Made by a program: the position numbers and the translations under genes
Source: an uncultured Actinomycetes bacterium
GTDB taxonomy: Bacteria > Actinomycetota > Thermoleophilia > RBG-16-64-13
DNA: 64,000 bases
Direction of reading: 5' to 3'
NCBI GenBank assembly: GCA_963841735.1
Contig: CAWJDT010000001.1
Coordinates: forward strand, 672,001 to 736,000
Part shown: positions 43,152 to 53,128 of the stretch, piece after piece
Layout of the letters: each line of letters starts with the position of its first letter
Numbering within the stretch: the first letter of the stretch is position 1
The notes under the pieces: generated by a model
The model's input: only the letters and a program-made list of their open reading frames with translations
Database searches by the model: none
What the model was told of the DNA's origin: nothing

Positions 43152-43711
43152 TGGATCGCCGTATCACTACTCCAATAACCGACGAGGTAGTCGAGACTCT
43201 GCGCGCCGGCGACCGGCTGCTTCTGAACGGGATCATCTACACCGGACGTGACGCCGCCCACAAGCGGCTGGTGGAGCTCATAGACAAGGGTGAAGCGCTG
43301 CCCGTGGATATGCAGGGGCAGATCATCTACTTCGTCGGCCCCACCCCGCCCAAGCCGGGCGAGGCCATCGGCTCGGCCGGTCCGACCACCTCGGGCCGCA
43401 TGGACGCCTATTCACCCAAGCTGACCGCTCTGGGCCTCAAGGGCATGATAGGCAAAGGGTCGCGCAACGACGCGGTCAAAGAAGCCCTCAAGCGTGACAA
43501 GGCCGTGTATCTGGGTGCTACCGGCGGCGCCGGTGCCCTACTCGCTCAACGGATCATCTCGGCCAAGGTCGTCGCCTACGAAGACCTGGGTGCCGAAGCC
43601 ATACGGGAGCTCGAAGTCAAGGACTTCCCGGTTGTAGTGATCAATGACATGTACGGAGGCGACCTCTACAGTGAAGGGCGCAAGAAGTACGAAAGGAAGG
43701 GAGCCTCTTGA
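43151..43711 (+). CDS. Fe-S fumarate hydratase, beta subunit
   Basis: TGRDAAHKR, GPTTSGRMD and MIGKG. Confidence 0.93.
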   Translation: MDRRITTPITDEVVETLRAGDRLLLNGIIYTGRDAAHKRLVELIDKGEALPVDMQGQIIYFVGPTPPKPGEAIGSAGPTTSGRMDAYSPKLTALGLKGMIGKGSRNDAVKEALKRDKAVYLGATGGAGALLAQRIISAKVVAYEDLGAEAIRELEVKDFPVVVINDMYGGDLYSEGRKKYERKGAS

Positions 43712-44136
43712 GCGCAAAACCTCGTGAGACGGCCAATGTGGGCGCTGGCCTCTGGAAGGGGACAGGCATGTGGGCCTGGCTGCTCTTCCGGATCAGCGGC
43801 CTAGTCCTGGTTTTCTACCTGGGCGCCCACATCATCATCATCTCCACAGGAAACTTCAACGACGGCGACACGTTCAACAGTCTGATGAAGATGTTTGACA
43901 GTGCGATCGCGGTCGTTCTTGATCTCTTCCTGGTGGCGGCCGTTCTGTACCACGCGTTGAACGGAGTGCGCATTATCCTCATGGACTTCGGTCTTGGGAT
44001 CAAGCGGCACAAGATCATCTTCTGGGCCTGCATGGCCCTCGCGGCCATATGTCTCGTGTTCTTTGCCTATGTGGCTTTCAGCTACTTGGCCAACGGCGTA
44101 GGGCCTTGGAACAGTACACCGGAGGTGGTGAGTTGA
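43708..44136 (+). CDS. sdhC: Succinate dehydrogenase/fumarate reductase cytochrome b subunit
   Basis: WAWLLFRISG and YHALNGVRIILMD; 3 TM helices. Confidence 0.88.
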   Translation: MSAKPRETANVGAGLWKGTGMWAWLLFRISGLVLVFYLGAHIIIISTGNFNDGDTFNSLMKMFDSAIAVVLDLFLVAAVLYHALNGVRIILMDFGLGIKRHKIIFWACMALAAICLVFFAYVAFSYLANGVGPWNSTPEVVS

Positions 44137-44507
44137 AAGCCGAGGCTGTCGCGTCGCACAAGGGAGGCATGTGGGCCTGGCTGTTCCAGCGCATCACTGC
44201 CGCTCTTCTCATCGTGTGCCTGGCGATTCACCTGATTCTCACGCACATTCTCAACATCGGTGACCTCACCTATGACACCGTGGGCAAGCGCGTGGCCCAC
44301 GGCAGCGTGACCGCGTTGGACCTCATCCTGCTGGCAGCCGCCATCTACCACGCTCTCAACGGTCTGCGCATGGTGCTCATGGACTACTGGTTCACCTCGC
44401 GCAAACGGTCACGGGCTCTGACTATCGTCCTCTGGGTCGTGGGTATCGCGTTCCTGGTCTACGGGGTCTGGGGCCTCTGGCCTTACATCGGTTACAAGGT
44501 AGGGTGA
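44133..44507 (+). CDS. sdhD: Succinate dehydrogenase membrane anchor
   Basis: WAWLFQRITA and YHALNGLRMVLMDY; TTG start after GGAGG. Confidence 0.85.
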   Translation: MKAEAVASHKGGMWAWLFQRITAALLIVCLAIHLILTHILNIGDLTYDTVGKRVAHGSVTALDLILLAAAIYHALNGLRMVLMDYWFTSRKRSRALTIVLWVVGIAFLVYGVWGLWPYIGYKVG

Positions 44508-44514
44508 GGCAGAT

Positions 44515-46224
44515 ATGATCCATCATGACGTCATTGTTGTAGGAGGGGGTCTCTCCGGTCTCCGGGCGGCTGTGGAAGCCAAGCGGGCTGGGATCGACGT
44601 GGCCATCCTCTCGCAGGTCCACCCGGGCCGCAGCCACTCGGGCGCGGCTCAGGGCGGCATCAACGCCGCACTGGGCAACCACCCGGGCAGCGCCGACGAT
44701 ACCTGGGAGAAACACGCTTTCGATACCACCAAGGGCGGCGATTACCTGGTCGACCAGGACTGCGCCATCCAGATGGCAAAGGATGCCCCCGGAGTCATCT
44801 ACGAGATGGACCACTGGGGTTGCCCGTTCTCCCGTTTCGAAAACGGCACCATCGCCCAGCGGCCGTTCGGCGGCGCCGGCTACCCGCGCTGCTGCTACGG
44901 AGCCGACAAGACCGGCCACTACCTGCTGCATACTCTGGTTGAGCAGGCTTACAAGTTGCAGGTCAAGATCTACGTCGAGCAGTTTGTGTCCAAGCTCATC
45001 GTGCACGAAGGTGTCTGCCAGGGTGTCGTGGCATACGACATGATCAACGGCGGCTTCGAGGCGTTCACGGCCAACGCGGTGATCATGGCGACCGGCGGCG
45101 CCGGTCGCACATACAGCAACTCCACCAATGCCATCATCAGCACCGGCGGGGGAATGGCCATGGCCTACCACGCGGGCGTGCCGCTGAAGGACATGGAGTT
45201 CGTCCAGTTCCACCCCACCGGTCTGTTTACCACCAACATCCTCATGACCGAGGGTGCTCGCGGCGAGGGTGCCTACCTGATCAACGGCTTGGGCGAGCGT
45301 CTCATGGAGAAGTACGCGCCCACCGCCATGGAGCTGGCTCCCCGCGACATAACCTCGCGCTCGATCCAGACCGAGATCAACGAGGGTCGGGGCATCGATG
45401 GGAAAGGCTACGTGTATCTGGACCTGAGGCACCTAGGCGCGGAGAAGATCTTGGAACGCCTGCCGGGCATCCGTGATCTGGCCATCCACTTTGAAGGTGT
45501 GGATCCCATCGAGGCGCCGATCCCGGTGGTTCCCAGCCAGCACTACTGGATGGGCGGCATCGACACCGACGTGAACGGGGCCACAGTCATGCCTGGTCTG
45601 TACGCGGCCGGCGAGTGCGCCTGCGTGTCGGTGCACGGAGCCAACCGCCTGGGCGGCAACTCCCTGCTCGAGACGATCGTGTTCGGTCGCCGCGCCGGCG
45701 CTGAAGTGGTGCGCTACCTAGCAGGAATGAAAGACAACAGGCCAAACGCGCGGACGGCTTTTGAGGCCACCCAGCTCATGGAGCAGAAGGTGGAGGAACT
45801 GGGCTCCAAGACCGGCACCGAGGACGTATACGCGCTTCGCGCCGAGATGACGTCGGCCATGAAAGAGCACTTCGGAGTGTTCCGCGACGAGCCCACCATG
45901 AAGGCAGGAGTGGAGAAGCTTGTCTCCGTGAAAGAGCGGGTCAAGAAAGTCGGCCTGCGTTGGATGGGAGGCGTGTTCAACGTCGACATGATCCGCACGG
46001 TGGAATTCGAGGGTATGGTCGACCTGGCCCTGTGCGTGGCCCTGGGAGCAGTCGCTCGACAGGAGTCGCGTGGAGCTCACTTCCGTACCGACTTCAACAC
46101 TCGCGACGACGACAACTGGCTCAAGCACACGCTGGCCCACTATCAGAGCGACGCGGCCGGCCCGCGCCTTGATAGCAAGTCGGTCACCCTTGGCACCTTC
46201 GAGCTACAGGAGCGGAAGTACTGA
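44515..46224 (+). CDS. sdhA: Succinate dehydrogenase/fumarate reductase flavoprotein
   Basis: RSHSGAAQGG, QFHPT, HGANRLGGNSL and ESRGAH. Confidence 0.95.
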   Translation: MIHHDVIVVGGGLSGLRAAVEAKRAGIDVAILSQVHPGRSHSGAAQGGINAALGNHPGSADDTWEKHAFDTTKGGDYLVDQDCAIQMAKDAPGVIYEMDHWGCPFSRFENGTIAQRPFGGAGYPRCCYGADKTGHYLLHTLVEQAYKLQVKIYVEQFVSKLIVHEGVCQGVVAYDMINGGFEAFTANAVIMATGGAGRTYSNSTNAIISTGGGMAMAYHAGVPLKDMEFVQFHPTGLFTTNILMTEGARGEGAYLINGLGERLMEKYAPTAMELAPRDITSRSIQTEINEGRGIDGKGYVYLDLRHLGAEKILERLPGIRDLAIHFEGVDPIEAPIPVVPSQHYWMGGIDTDVNGATVMPGLYAAGECACVSVHGANRLGGNSLLETIVFGRRAGAEVVRYLAGMKDNRPNARTAFEATQLMEQKVEELGSKTGTEDVYALRAEMTSAMKEHFGVFRDEPTMKAGVEKLVSVKERVKKVGLRWMGGVFNVDMIRTVEFEGMVDLALCVALGAVARQESRGAHFRTDFNTRDDDNWLKHTLAHYQSDAAGPRLDSKSVTLGTFELQERKY

Positions 46225-46952
46225 TGCCTGACATCAAGTTTCGCCTCAAGCGCCAAGACCCCCGTAGCAAGGACAACTCCGAGGCTCACTGGGAGGAATA
46301 CACCGTCACCTATGAGGGCGAGAACCTCACCGTGTTGGAGGGACTCTTCCACATCCAGGAGAACTTCGACGGCGGCCTGTCGTTCCGTTATTGCTGCAGG
46401 GCGTCTATCTGTGGTAGCTGCGCCATGTACATCAACGGCGCCTACCGCCTAGCCTGCCAGACCAACGTCAAGCACCTGGATACCGATCTCATCACGGTGG
46501 AGCCCATGCCGCACCTGCCCTTGGTCAAGGACATGGTCGTGGGCATGGACGACTTCTTCGCCAAGTATGAGTACATCATGCCTTGGCTGATCCGCAACTC
46601 GCCCGATCCGGAGAAGGAGATCATCCAGTCGCCCGAGGAGCGCAAGGCCTTCGACATGCCGATCGACTGCATCCTCTGCGGCTGCTGCTACTCGAGCTGC
46701 CCGTCGGCATGGGGTGAGGCGAACTACATGGGACCGGCCGCGCTGTTGAAGGCCCACCGGTTCGAGGTCGACTCCCGCGACGAGGCGGGCAAGGAACGCA
46801 TGGAGCGCTGGAACAGCGAGCGCGGTGTGTATCGCTGTCACACCATCATGAATTGCGCTGAGGCTTGCCCTAAAGAGCTGAACCCCACCGAGGGGATCCA
46901 GTCGCTCAAGAAGACCGCGGTGCGGCGCATGCTGTTCAAGAAGGCCAAGTAG
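46224..46952 (+). CDS. sdhB: Succinate dehydrogenase/fumarate reductase Fe-S subunit
   Basis: CRASICGSC, CILCGCCYSSCP and CHTIMNCAEACP. Confidence 0.95.
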   Translation: MPDIKFRLKRQDPRSKDNSEAHWEEYTVTYEGENLTVLEGLFHIQENFDGGLSFRYCCRASICGSCAMYINGAYRLACQTNVKHLDTDLITVEPMPHLPLVKDMVVGMDDFFAKYEYIMPWLIRNSPDPEKEIIQSPEERKAFDMPIDCILCGCCYSSCPSAWGEANYMGPAALLKAHRFEVDSRDEAGKERMERWNSERGVYRCHTIMNCAEACPKELNPTEGIQSLKKTAVRRMLFKKAK

Positions 46953-47007
46953 CGGAAGAGCTGAGGCGCGCCTCCTAGGCGCGACGCCGGCGTTGATACG
47001 CGACTGC

Positions 47008-47050
47008 GACCGGCCGGTGCCCCTCTGGGGGCGCCGGCCGGTCTTGTTCT
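47008..47050 (+). terminator. Terminator hairpin after sdhB
   Basis: GACCGGCCGGTGCCCC...GGGGCGCCGGCCGGTC followed by TTGTTCT. Confidence 0.65.
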
Positions 47051-47079
47051 ACCCGGCGGTGTTGTACCCGCCGTCTTGT

Positions 47080-47838
47080 TCAGGCGGCGCCGTCCCCATT
47101 CGTCACACGGCCGTCGAGCATGTGGAACACGCGGTCGCAGGTGGAGGCTACGCCCGGGTCGTGGGTGACGAGCACGAAGGTGGTGCCGGTGTCGCGATTG
47201 ATCTGATGCATCATTTCCACGATCTCGGCCGAACTGACTGAGTCCAGGTTGCCCGTGGGCTCGTCGCCGAAGATGACCTTGGGGTTGTTGACCAAAGCGC
47301 GGGCGATGGCGACGCGCTGCTGCTGACCGCCGGACAGTTCCGTGGGTCGGTGACCTTCGCGGTCGGCGAGACCTACCTTGGCCATTGCGCTCCGCGCCGC
47401 TTCGCGGGCTTCGCGCCTCCCCTTGCCCGCATACTCAGCGGCCAGCATGACGTTCTCGAGAGCGGTGAGGCTGGTCACCAGGTTGAAGGTCTGGAAGATG
47501 AAGCCCACTTCGCTGCGTCGCAGCTCGGCCAGCGCCTTGCCGCCAAGGGTGTCGACCCGCCGGCCGTCCAGCCAGACTTCGCCGGAGTCGGCCGAGTCCA
47601 GGCAGCCGAGGATGTGAAGCAGAGTGGACTTGCCGGAGCCGGAGGGGCCCATGATGCCCACCACTTCGCGCCGGCGGATCTCCAGGGAAGCTTCCTGAAG
47701 GGCGTCGACGTAGTTGTCCTTGCCCATCACATAGCGCTTGTAGATGCCCACACCCCGGATGATGATGTTCGGGGCGGTGACCATGTCGGTTGTGCCGTCG
47801 GCGGTCAGGTGGCCGGCAGTGTCTGTTAGAGGCTGCAT
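47080..47838 (-). CDS. ABC transporter ATP-binding protein (LolD/MacB-like)
   Basis: GPSGSGKST, LSGGQQQR, DEPTGNLD and VTHD. Confidence 0.95.
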   Translation of the reverse strand: MQPLTDTAGHLTADGTTDMVTAPNIIIRGVGIYKRYVMGKDNYVDALQEASLEIRRREVVGIMGPSGSGKSTLLHILGCLDSADSGEVWLDGRRVDTLGGKALAELRRSEVGFIFQTFNLVTSLTALENVMLAAEYAGKGRREAREAARSAMAKVGLADREGHRPTELSGGQQQRVAIARALVNNPKVIFGDEPTGNLDSVSSAEIVEMMHQINRDTGTTFVLVTHDPGVASTCDRVFHMLDGRVTNGDGAA

Positions 47839-47847
47839 TCTTGACTC

Positions 47848-49005
47848 CTATTCGTAACGAAGAGCGACGACCGGCTTGAGCCGGGCGGCGTGGAAGGACG
47901 GATACAGCCCGCTCACCAGACCCAGAAGCACCGCGAACAGTACGGAGCCGATGGCCAACCGGGGAGTGACCAAGAAGAGATCGAGGTTGCGGGACTCCAA
48001 GGCCATGTTAGCCACCGTGGCAGCCACCCAGCCAAGCAACAGCCCCGAGACTCCGCCAATGAGACCGATGATGCCGGATTCGCCCAAGAACTGCCGCACG
48101 ATCTGGCCGTCGGAGGCGCCTATGGCCTTGCGGACACCGATCTCGCGGGTGCGCTCGTTGACCGACATGGTCATGGTATTGATCACCGAAAGCCCGCCGA
48201 CGATGAGGGCGATTATGGCTATGCCGTACAGGATGAGGTTCATGACGCTCATGGTGCTGGCTATCTGCTCCTGGAAGGCTTTGGGGCCGGTAGCCTTGAC
48301 CTCGGGGACCGCCGCGTTGATGGCGGTAGCGAGCTCCTCAGGGTCGGTGCCCGGAGTGGGATAGACCACGAAGGAGGTGACAAAAGTGCTCGGGTCCGCC
48401 CCGCCGCGGTAGACCTCCGGGAGGGCCTGGTAGAAGAGGCGTTGCGCGTCGGGCAGGGTCAACCAGACTGAGGTGTCGGGCATGGTGAGGGTCTTGTCCA
48501 AGATCCCTACGACCGTGAACTGCTCTCCACGTACGGTGACGGTGCCGCCGACTTGACCGGCCAGCTTCTTGACCATGTCGGAGCCGAGTATCACCGAGCC
48601 GGTGTCGTCGGGAGTCAGCGCCCGCCCGTCTGAGTAGGAGATCTCAAAACTCTCCAGGTTGTCGCCACGCATGTCGCTGGCGGTGATCATGGCAGGCATT
48701 CCGAAGCTGGCGCCGGCCTCGGTGTCCAAAAGCATGCCTATTTGGGCCGAAACTTCAGCCACGCCGGGGACTGCTTTGATGGGCTCACGTTTGTCGATAG
48801 ACAATGCCTCGGAGGCGAACATCGACGTGCCGGCCGCCTGCACCGTGACCTTGTCGGAGTAGTACTTGGTGCCTCCAGATACGAGCATGTTGATCTTCTC
48901 GGCCATGCCGCCCATGACCACCAGGGTGAGCACCCCGATGGTGATGCCGAAGATGGTGAGCATCACCCTCAGCTTTCGTTTGAACACGTTCCGCAGGATC
49001 CTCAC
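47848..49005 (-). CDS. ABC transporter permease (MacB/FtsX family)
   Basis: LTIFGITIG, SVNERTREIGVRKAIGA and GLYPSFHAARLKPV. Confidence 0.93.
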   Translation of the reverse strand: MRILRNVFKRKLRVMLTIFGITIGVLTLVVMGGMAEKINMLVSGGTKYYSDKVTVQAAGTSMFASEALSIDKREPIKAVPGVAEVSAQIGMLLDTEAGASFGMPAMITASDMRGDNLESFEISYSDGRALTPDDTGSVILGSDMVKKLAGQVGGTVTVRGEQFTVVGILDKTLTMPDTSVWLTLPDAQRLFYQALPEVYRGGADPSTFVTSFVVYPTPGTDPEELATAINAAVPEVKATGPKAFQEQIASTMSVMNLILYGIAIIALIVGGLSVINTMTMSVNERTREIGVRKAIGASDGQIVRQFLGESGIIGLIGGVSGLLLGWVAATVANMALESRNLDLFLVTPRLAIGSVLFAVLLGLVSGLYPSFHAARLKPVVALRYE

Positions 49006-49147
49006 TCTTGGTCCCCTTCCTTGTCCGCGCGAGCCTTGTGGCTCCCGATCATTCCTTTGGCTACCCCGCGACCTGGGTCTGCTAGGCACCGTACTATACT
49101 ACGAACCTCGTACTAGGCAAGGCTCCCCGCCGGGGGGTTCATTCTGG

Positions 49148-49642
49148 TTACGCCGCATACACGTGCACCTTGTCGCCGTCTTTGGAGTCGACGTCTATCT
49201 CCATCTCGCGCAGGGCCTCGAGCAGCTCGTCGATGTCTTCGGGCTTGAAGTCGTTGAGGTCGAACGACATGCCTTTGTCGAGCATGGCCTTGTTCACCTG
49301 GTCGCGCGCCGGTTGCGGGATAAGCGAGGTCAGCTTGAGACCGGCCTTCACCAGGTTGAGCGGGATCTTGACGTGGACGTTGTCGCCCTTGACGCTCACC
49401 ACCTTCACGTACAGGAACTTGGGCGCGCCGGTGGAACCGGCGGCGCCGGTCTTGTCTCCGGGTTTGGCGGTGCCGTGCACGAACTTCGACCAGCCGGCTT
49501 TGCCGGCGGTCTTGCCCTCCGAGTCGGTGCCGGCCGCCTGGGCGGCCGGGGCGTCCAGGGCGTCCAGCAGGCGCCCGGCCTCGTCGGCGGTGATCTTCCC
49601 CGTCGCCAATAGATCCAGTATGCGGTTGCGATCGTCACCCAT
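49148..49642 (-). CDS. YvlB/LiaX N-terminal-like (SHOCT-like) protein
   Basis: RILDLLATGKITADEAGRLLDAL and VKIPLNLV. Confidence 0.7.
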   Translation of the reverse strand: MGDDRNRILDLLATGKITADEAGRLLDALDAPAAQAAGTDSEGKTAGKAGWSKFVHGTAKPGDKTGAAGSTGAPKFLYVKVVSVKGDNVHVKIPLNLVKAGLKLTSLIPQPARDQVNKAMLDKGMSFDLNDFKPEDIDELLEALREMEIDVDSKDGDKVHVYAA

Positions 49643-49659
49643 GATGGTCTCCTTTGTAC

Positions 49660-49950
49660 CTAGCGGAGCGTGAAAGCCACGGTCCGGCTGTTATTGCGCC
49701 TTTCTTGGACGAACACTTCGGTGCCCCGGGTCTCGCTGAGGATGCTCAGCACCCCGAAGAAGAAGCGAGTGAACCCGGTTTTGTAACGCGCCACGATTCC
49801 GACAAGATCGGCAAACAGAGTGCATATGAGCGTGAGCAGCAGCAGTGGCAGCAACAGCGGCCAAAGCAGAAAGAGCGGGAACCAGAATTTGAACTTGGTA
49901 CGCTCCTCTTGCACGATGCGCATGGACACCAGATAGGGCGGCATCTTCAT
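49660..49950 (-). CDS. Small membrane protein
   Basis: FWFPLFLLWPLLL hydrophobic hairpin; ATGA-coupled to the upstream gene. Confidence 0.75.
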   Translation of the reverse strand: MKMPPYLVSMRIVQEERTKFKFWFPLFLLWPLLLPLLLLTLICTLFADLVGIVARYKTGFTRFFFGVLSILSETRGTEVFVQERRNNSRTVAFTLR

Positions 49951-50306
49951 TTCTCCAACCTTTCCGCGGCCTCGGCCACCGAGATCTCTCCGCGCTCCAG
50001 TAGCTCGAAGACCTCATCGTGGGCGGTGAACTGCTCGACCTCCACCAGTTGCAGCTGTTGGACGATGCGGTTGAGGCGGTTCTTGACGGTGGGGTAGCTG
50101 ATGCCAAAGGCTTTCTCCATGTACTTGATGGAGCCGTGGCAGCGCACGAACTCGCAGACGAACACCTGATCTTCGTAGCGAAGGCCGGCAAGTTGAGGGG
50201 GCTCGAACTCACCGCTGATGGTGATGTCGCCGTTCTGCAGGCGCACCGAAGTGACCGTGAACGGTCTGTCTTGGGTGAGATCGGTCAATTCGTTCCATTG
50301 AGCCAT
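49947..50306 (-). CDS. DUF2089 family HTH protein
   Basis: FVRCHGSIKYMEKAFGISYPTVKNRL and LERGEISVAEA. Confidence 0.85.
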   Translation of the reverse strand: MAQWNELTDLTQDRPFTVTSVRLQNGDITISGEFEPPQLAGLRYEDQVFVCEFVRCHGSIKYMEKAFGISYPTVKNRLNRIVQQLQLVEVEQFTAHDEVFELLERGEISVAEAAERLEK

Positions 50307-50334
50307 AGCGGCCTCCCTTCGTGAATCTTGACCC

Positions 50335-50363
50335 ATCATAGTGCCAGTGCTTAAGAAAGTCAA
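50335..50363 (-). promoter_or_regulatory. Sigma70-type promoter of the DUF2089 operon
   Basis: TTGACT-17 nt-TATGAT on the minus strand. Confidence 0.7.
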
Positions 50364-50510
50364 TGACAACATTAACAATCTTCATGCACGTGCGGTGGGG
50401 AGGGCACAAAGGGACATTCAGGGGCTCCGGTCGCGGTCCGGCACGGGCCCGCGCGCTCCGGTGATGGTCGGCGACCCCGGGCTCCGGGTCAGCCTGCGAA
50501 GGCCGCCCGG

Positions 50511-52124
50511 CTAGTAGACGACGATCCTGAACCCGAGGGGCATCTGCTTGAAGAGTGTGGGCTCCTCCCACATGCAAACGCGCACGCAACCGTGGCTGGC
50601 CGGGTAGGTGGGCACTGTGGGATAGCCGTGCATGGCTATCTCCCCCGCCCTTGGCGCCCAGGTGAAGAAGCGTGGGTAGTACACGTGGGGCCACGGTTCG
50701 CCGGTGTAGCGTTTGTAGACGGTGAAGTCACCGCTGGGGGTGACGGCCCCCACGTTCGCGCTTCCGGTGGAGACGTGCAAAGTCTTCTTGACCGTACCCT
50801 CCTCGATGTAGAGCAGCACCTGCCGGGCCTTGTCGACCTCGACCCAGGCTCCCGTGCCGGTCGCGTGGGCTACCGGCACCGTCGCCGTGACCAGCCTCGC
50901 CCAGTCGTCGGCTCCCATCTTGCCGTCGCGTGTGAGTCCCTCCCACTTCTGAAAGGCGATCACGGCGCTTGCGGTCTTCTGGTCGTAGACGCCGTCTATC
51001 GGTCCGGGCCTGTAAGTGAGGCCGGCCAACTTAGCCTCCAGCCAGGCGACGGCCGTGCCGTTGGAGGGCGAGCTCAGGTTGGGGGTGGCCGGAGGACCAT
51101 CCAAAGGCCAGAACGGCCACATCTGCCAAGCGCTGGAGTTGCTCAGCCCGATGAAATCTACGTTTGTGACCTCGGCCGCGTGGGCGGTGATGGTGGCGGC
51201 AATGGGCGCCGGCACTCCAGCAGGCGTGGTTAGAAGCACAATGCCGCCATCGAGGGCCAGATAGGGTCCGGCCGCCAGAGCGTCGGGAAACTTGTCGCCC
51301 GTGGCCATGGCCAGATGGGTGAACTGGAGGCCTGCGTTGTTCTTGCTCCACTCGGCCACGTTGCTGTTGGTTGCGTAGCGGTCGGCACCGGACAGGTTGG
51401 CAAGAGCGGTCACGCCTCTTGGCAGAGTGACGTACGTGCCTGCCTTGATGGCTGTGGTGATGCCTAGTTCAGTGAGGGCCCTGGCGGAGTAGACGTTCAA
51501 GGCGGCGCCGCCGCCGGACTCGGTAAGCAAAACAGGCCAGAGCTTGGCGCAGGCGAGCGGCGAGACCCCGATGCCATCCGGAAAGCGGGTGCCCGGGGTG
51601 ATGATGGCGGAGGCCCCGGTCATGTCGCCGACCTTATTGCCCAAGGCCTTGGCCACCTTGTAGCTCATCTCGTAGACGCTGCCCCTGGTGCCTCGAAGGG
51701 CGGTGACCTCGACCCCGGGTCCCATGGCGGTCGTCACCGCGGCTACTACGGAGCTGGAGAGGCCGACACAAAACACGTAGCGGGGCGCAAGTCTGAGCAT
51801 CTCCGTTTTGACGGCCCTGTTGAGGCCGCTGGCGGGGGTGAGGAGCACCGGCCCCCCGTAAGCGGCGGCTAACGGCGCTCCGCACAGGGCCTCGGGGAAG
51901 GTCTCTCCCGGAGCCAAGACCAAGCCGGAGTCGGCGGGAAGCGCTCCGGCAAACATGGCTTTGGAGATCCTGATCGCGGTGTCGTAGCGATCGGTGCCTC
52001 GGATGACGTTGTAGTCGGGGGTGGTGGCCAGAGCTGGGGCCGCGGTGAGGAGCAAGATCAAAGCGGTCAGAAAGACCATCCCGCTCAGGAAGACCGTTTG
52101 GCCGGTGACGCGTGAACCGTTCAT
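50511..52124 (-). CDS. Secreted CWB2-repeat + peptidoglycan-binding + L,D-transpeptidase protein
   Basis: Signal peptide; CWB2 motifs GTDRYDTA, FPEAL, GADRYAT and FPDAL; PG_binding_1 motif DGVYDQKTASAVIAFQK; YkuD motif HG...SHGCVR. Confidence 0.88.
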   Translation of the reverse strand: MNGSRVTGQTVFLSGMVFLTALILLLTAAPALATTPDYNVIRGTDRYDTAIRISKAMFAGALPADSGLVLAPGETFPEALCGAPLAAAYGGPVLLTPASGLNRAVKTEMLRLAPRYVFCVGLSSSVVAAVTTAMGPGVEVTALRGTRGSVYEMSYKVAKALGNKVGDMTGASAIITPGTRFPDGIGVSPLACAKLWPVLLTESGGGAALNVYSARALTELGITTAIKAGTYVTLPRGVTALANLSGADRYATNSNVAEWSKNNAGLQFTHLAMATGDKFPDALAAGPYLALDGGIVLLTTPAGVPAPIAATITAHAAEVTNVDFIGLSNSSAWQMWPFWPLDGPPATPNLSSPSNGTAVAWLEAKLAGLTYRPGPIDGVYDQKTASAVIAFQKWEGLTRDGKMGADDWARLVTATVPVAHATGTGAWVEVDKARQVLLYIEEGTVKKTLHVSTGSANVGAVTPSGDFTVYKRYTGEPWPHVYYPRFFTWAPRAGEIAMHGYPTVPTYPASHGCVRVCMWEEPTLFKQMPLGFRIVVY

Positions 52125-52222
52125 GCATCCATCTCCTTCGAGCGGAAGCAGTACACTTCCTATGCTATACGATTAGAGCATCCCGGTGGACCGCGGATGG
52201 TCCAAAAGGGCGGAGAAAGACT

Positions 52223-53089
52223 TTGAAAAACTCGATAGAGGAGATCGTCAAGCGCAGGTATTCGTGTCGGGCCTATGTGGACCGGCCTATCGAAGTCGCG
52301 GACAGGGACGCTATGTCGGAAGCGTTGTCTTCGCTTAGCGCGGGGCCGTTGGGGAGCCGCGCCAAGTTCGCGCTGGTGGCAGCGACCGAGGAAGATCGGA
52401 AGTCACTTAAAGGGCTGGGCACCTATGGCCTCATCAAGGGCGCCACCGGTTTCATCGTGGGGGCGGTGGAGCCTGGACCCAAAGACATGGAGGACTACGG
52501 CTATCTGCGGGAGCGCGCTGTCTTGGCCGCCACCGCCATCGGGTTGGGCACCTGCTGGCTGGGCGGGACCTTCTCCAAGAGCGCCTTCGCCCGCAAGATC
52601 GGGGCCACCAGCGGCGAAGTCGTGCCCGCTGTGGTGGCTACCGGCTACGCGGCCGAGGGCTCCAGGGAAGGCAAGATCCGGGAGCGGGCCGGCAGCAACC
52701 ACAGGCTTCCCTTCGAGCAGCTGTTTTTCGACGAGAAGCTGGGGCAGCCCTTGGCGCCCGCCGCAACCGCCGGGTATGCGGAGGTTCTCGAGGCGATGCG
52801 CCGGGCGCCTTCGGCCTCCAACAAGCAGCCCTGGCGCGTTGTGAGGTCCGGCGACCGCTGGCACTTCTATCTGCAACGCACCAAGGGCTACGGTAAGGGT
52901 ACCGTGGTCTTCTCGTTGCTTAGGATCGCGGACCTCCAGCGCGTGGATATGGGCATAGCCATGAGCCATTTCGAGCTGGTGGCCCGCGAACGCGGACTGA
53001 CCGGGCGCTGGGCGGTGGAGCCTCCTGTGGGTGGCTCGCTTGCCGAGGGCGCCGAGTACACGGTCACGTGGATCCCCGAGGCCGGATAG
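52223..53089 (+). CDS. Nitroreductase family protein
   Basis: RRYSCRAY, GLGTCWLGG and APSASNKQPW. Confidence 0.9.
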   Translation: MKNSIEEIVKRRYSCRAYVDRPIEVADRDAMSEALSSLSAGPLGSRAKFALVAATEEDRKSLKGLGTYGLIKGATGFIVGAVEPGPKDMEDYGYLRERAVLAATAIGLGTCWLGGTFSKSAFARKIGATSGEVVPAVVATGYAAEGSREGKIRERAGSNHRLPFEQLFFDEKLGQPLAPAATAGYAEVLEAMRRAPSASNKQPWRVVRSGDRWHFYLQRTKGYGKGTVVFSLLRIADLQRVDMGIAMSHFELVARERGLTGRWAVEPPVGGSLAEGAEYTVTWIPEAG

Positions 53090-53128
53090 ACCCGTGCGCC
53101 GGCCGGCGCACGAAGTCGGTGAAAGCGG

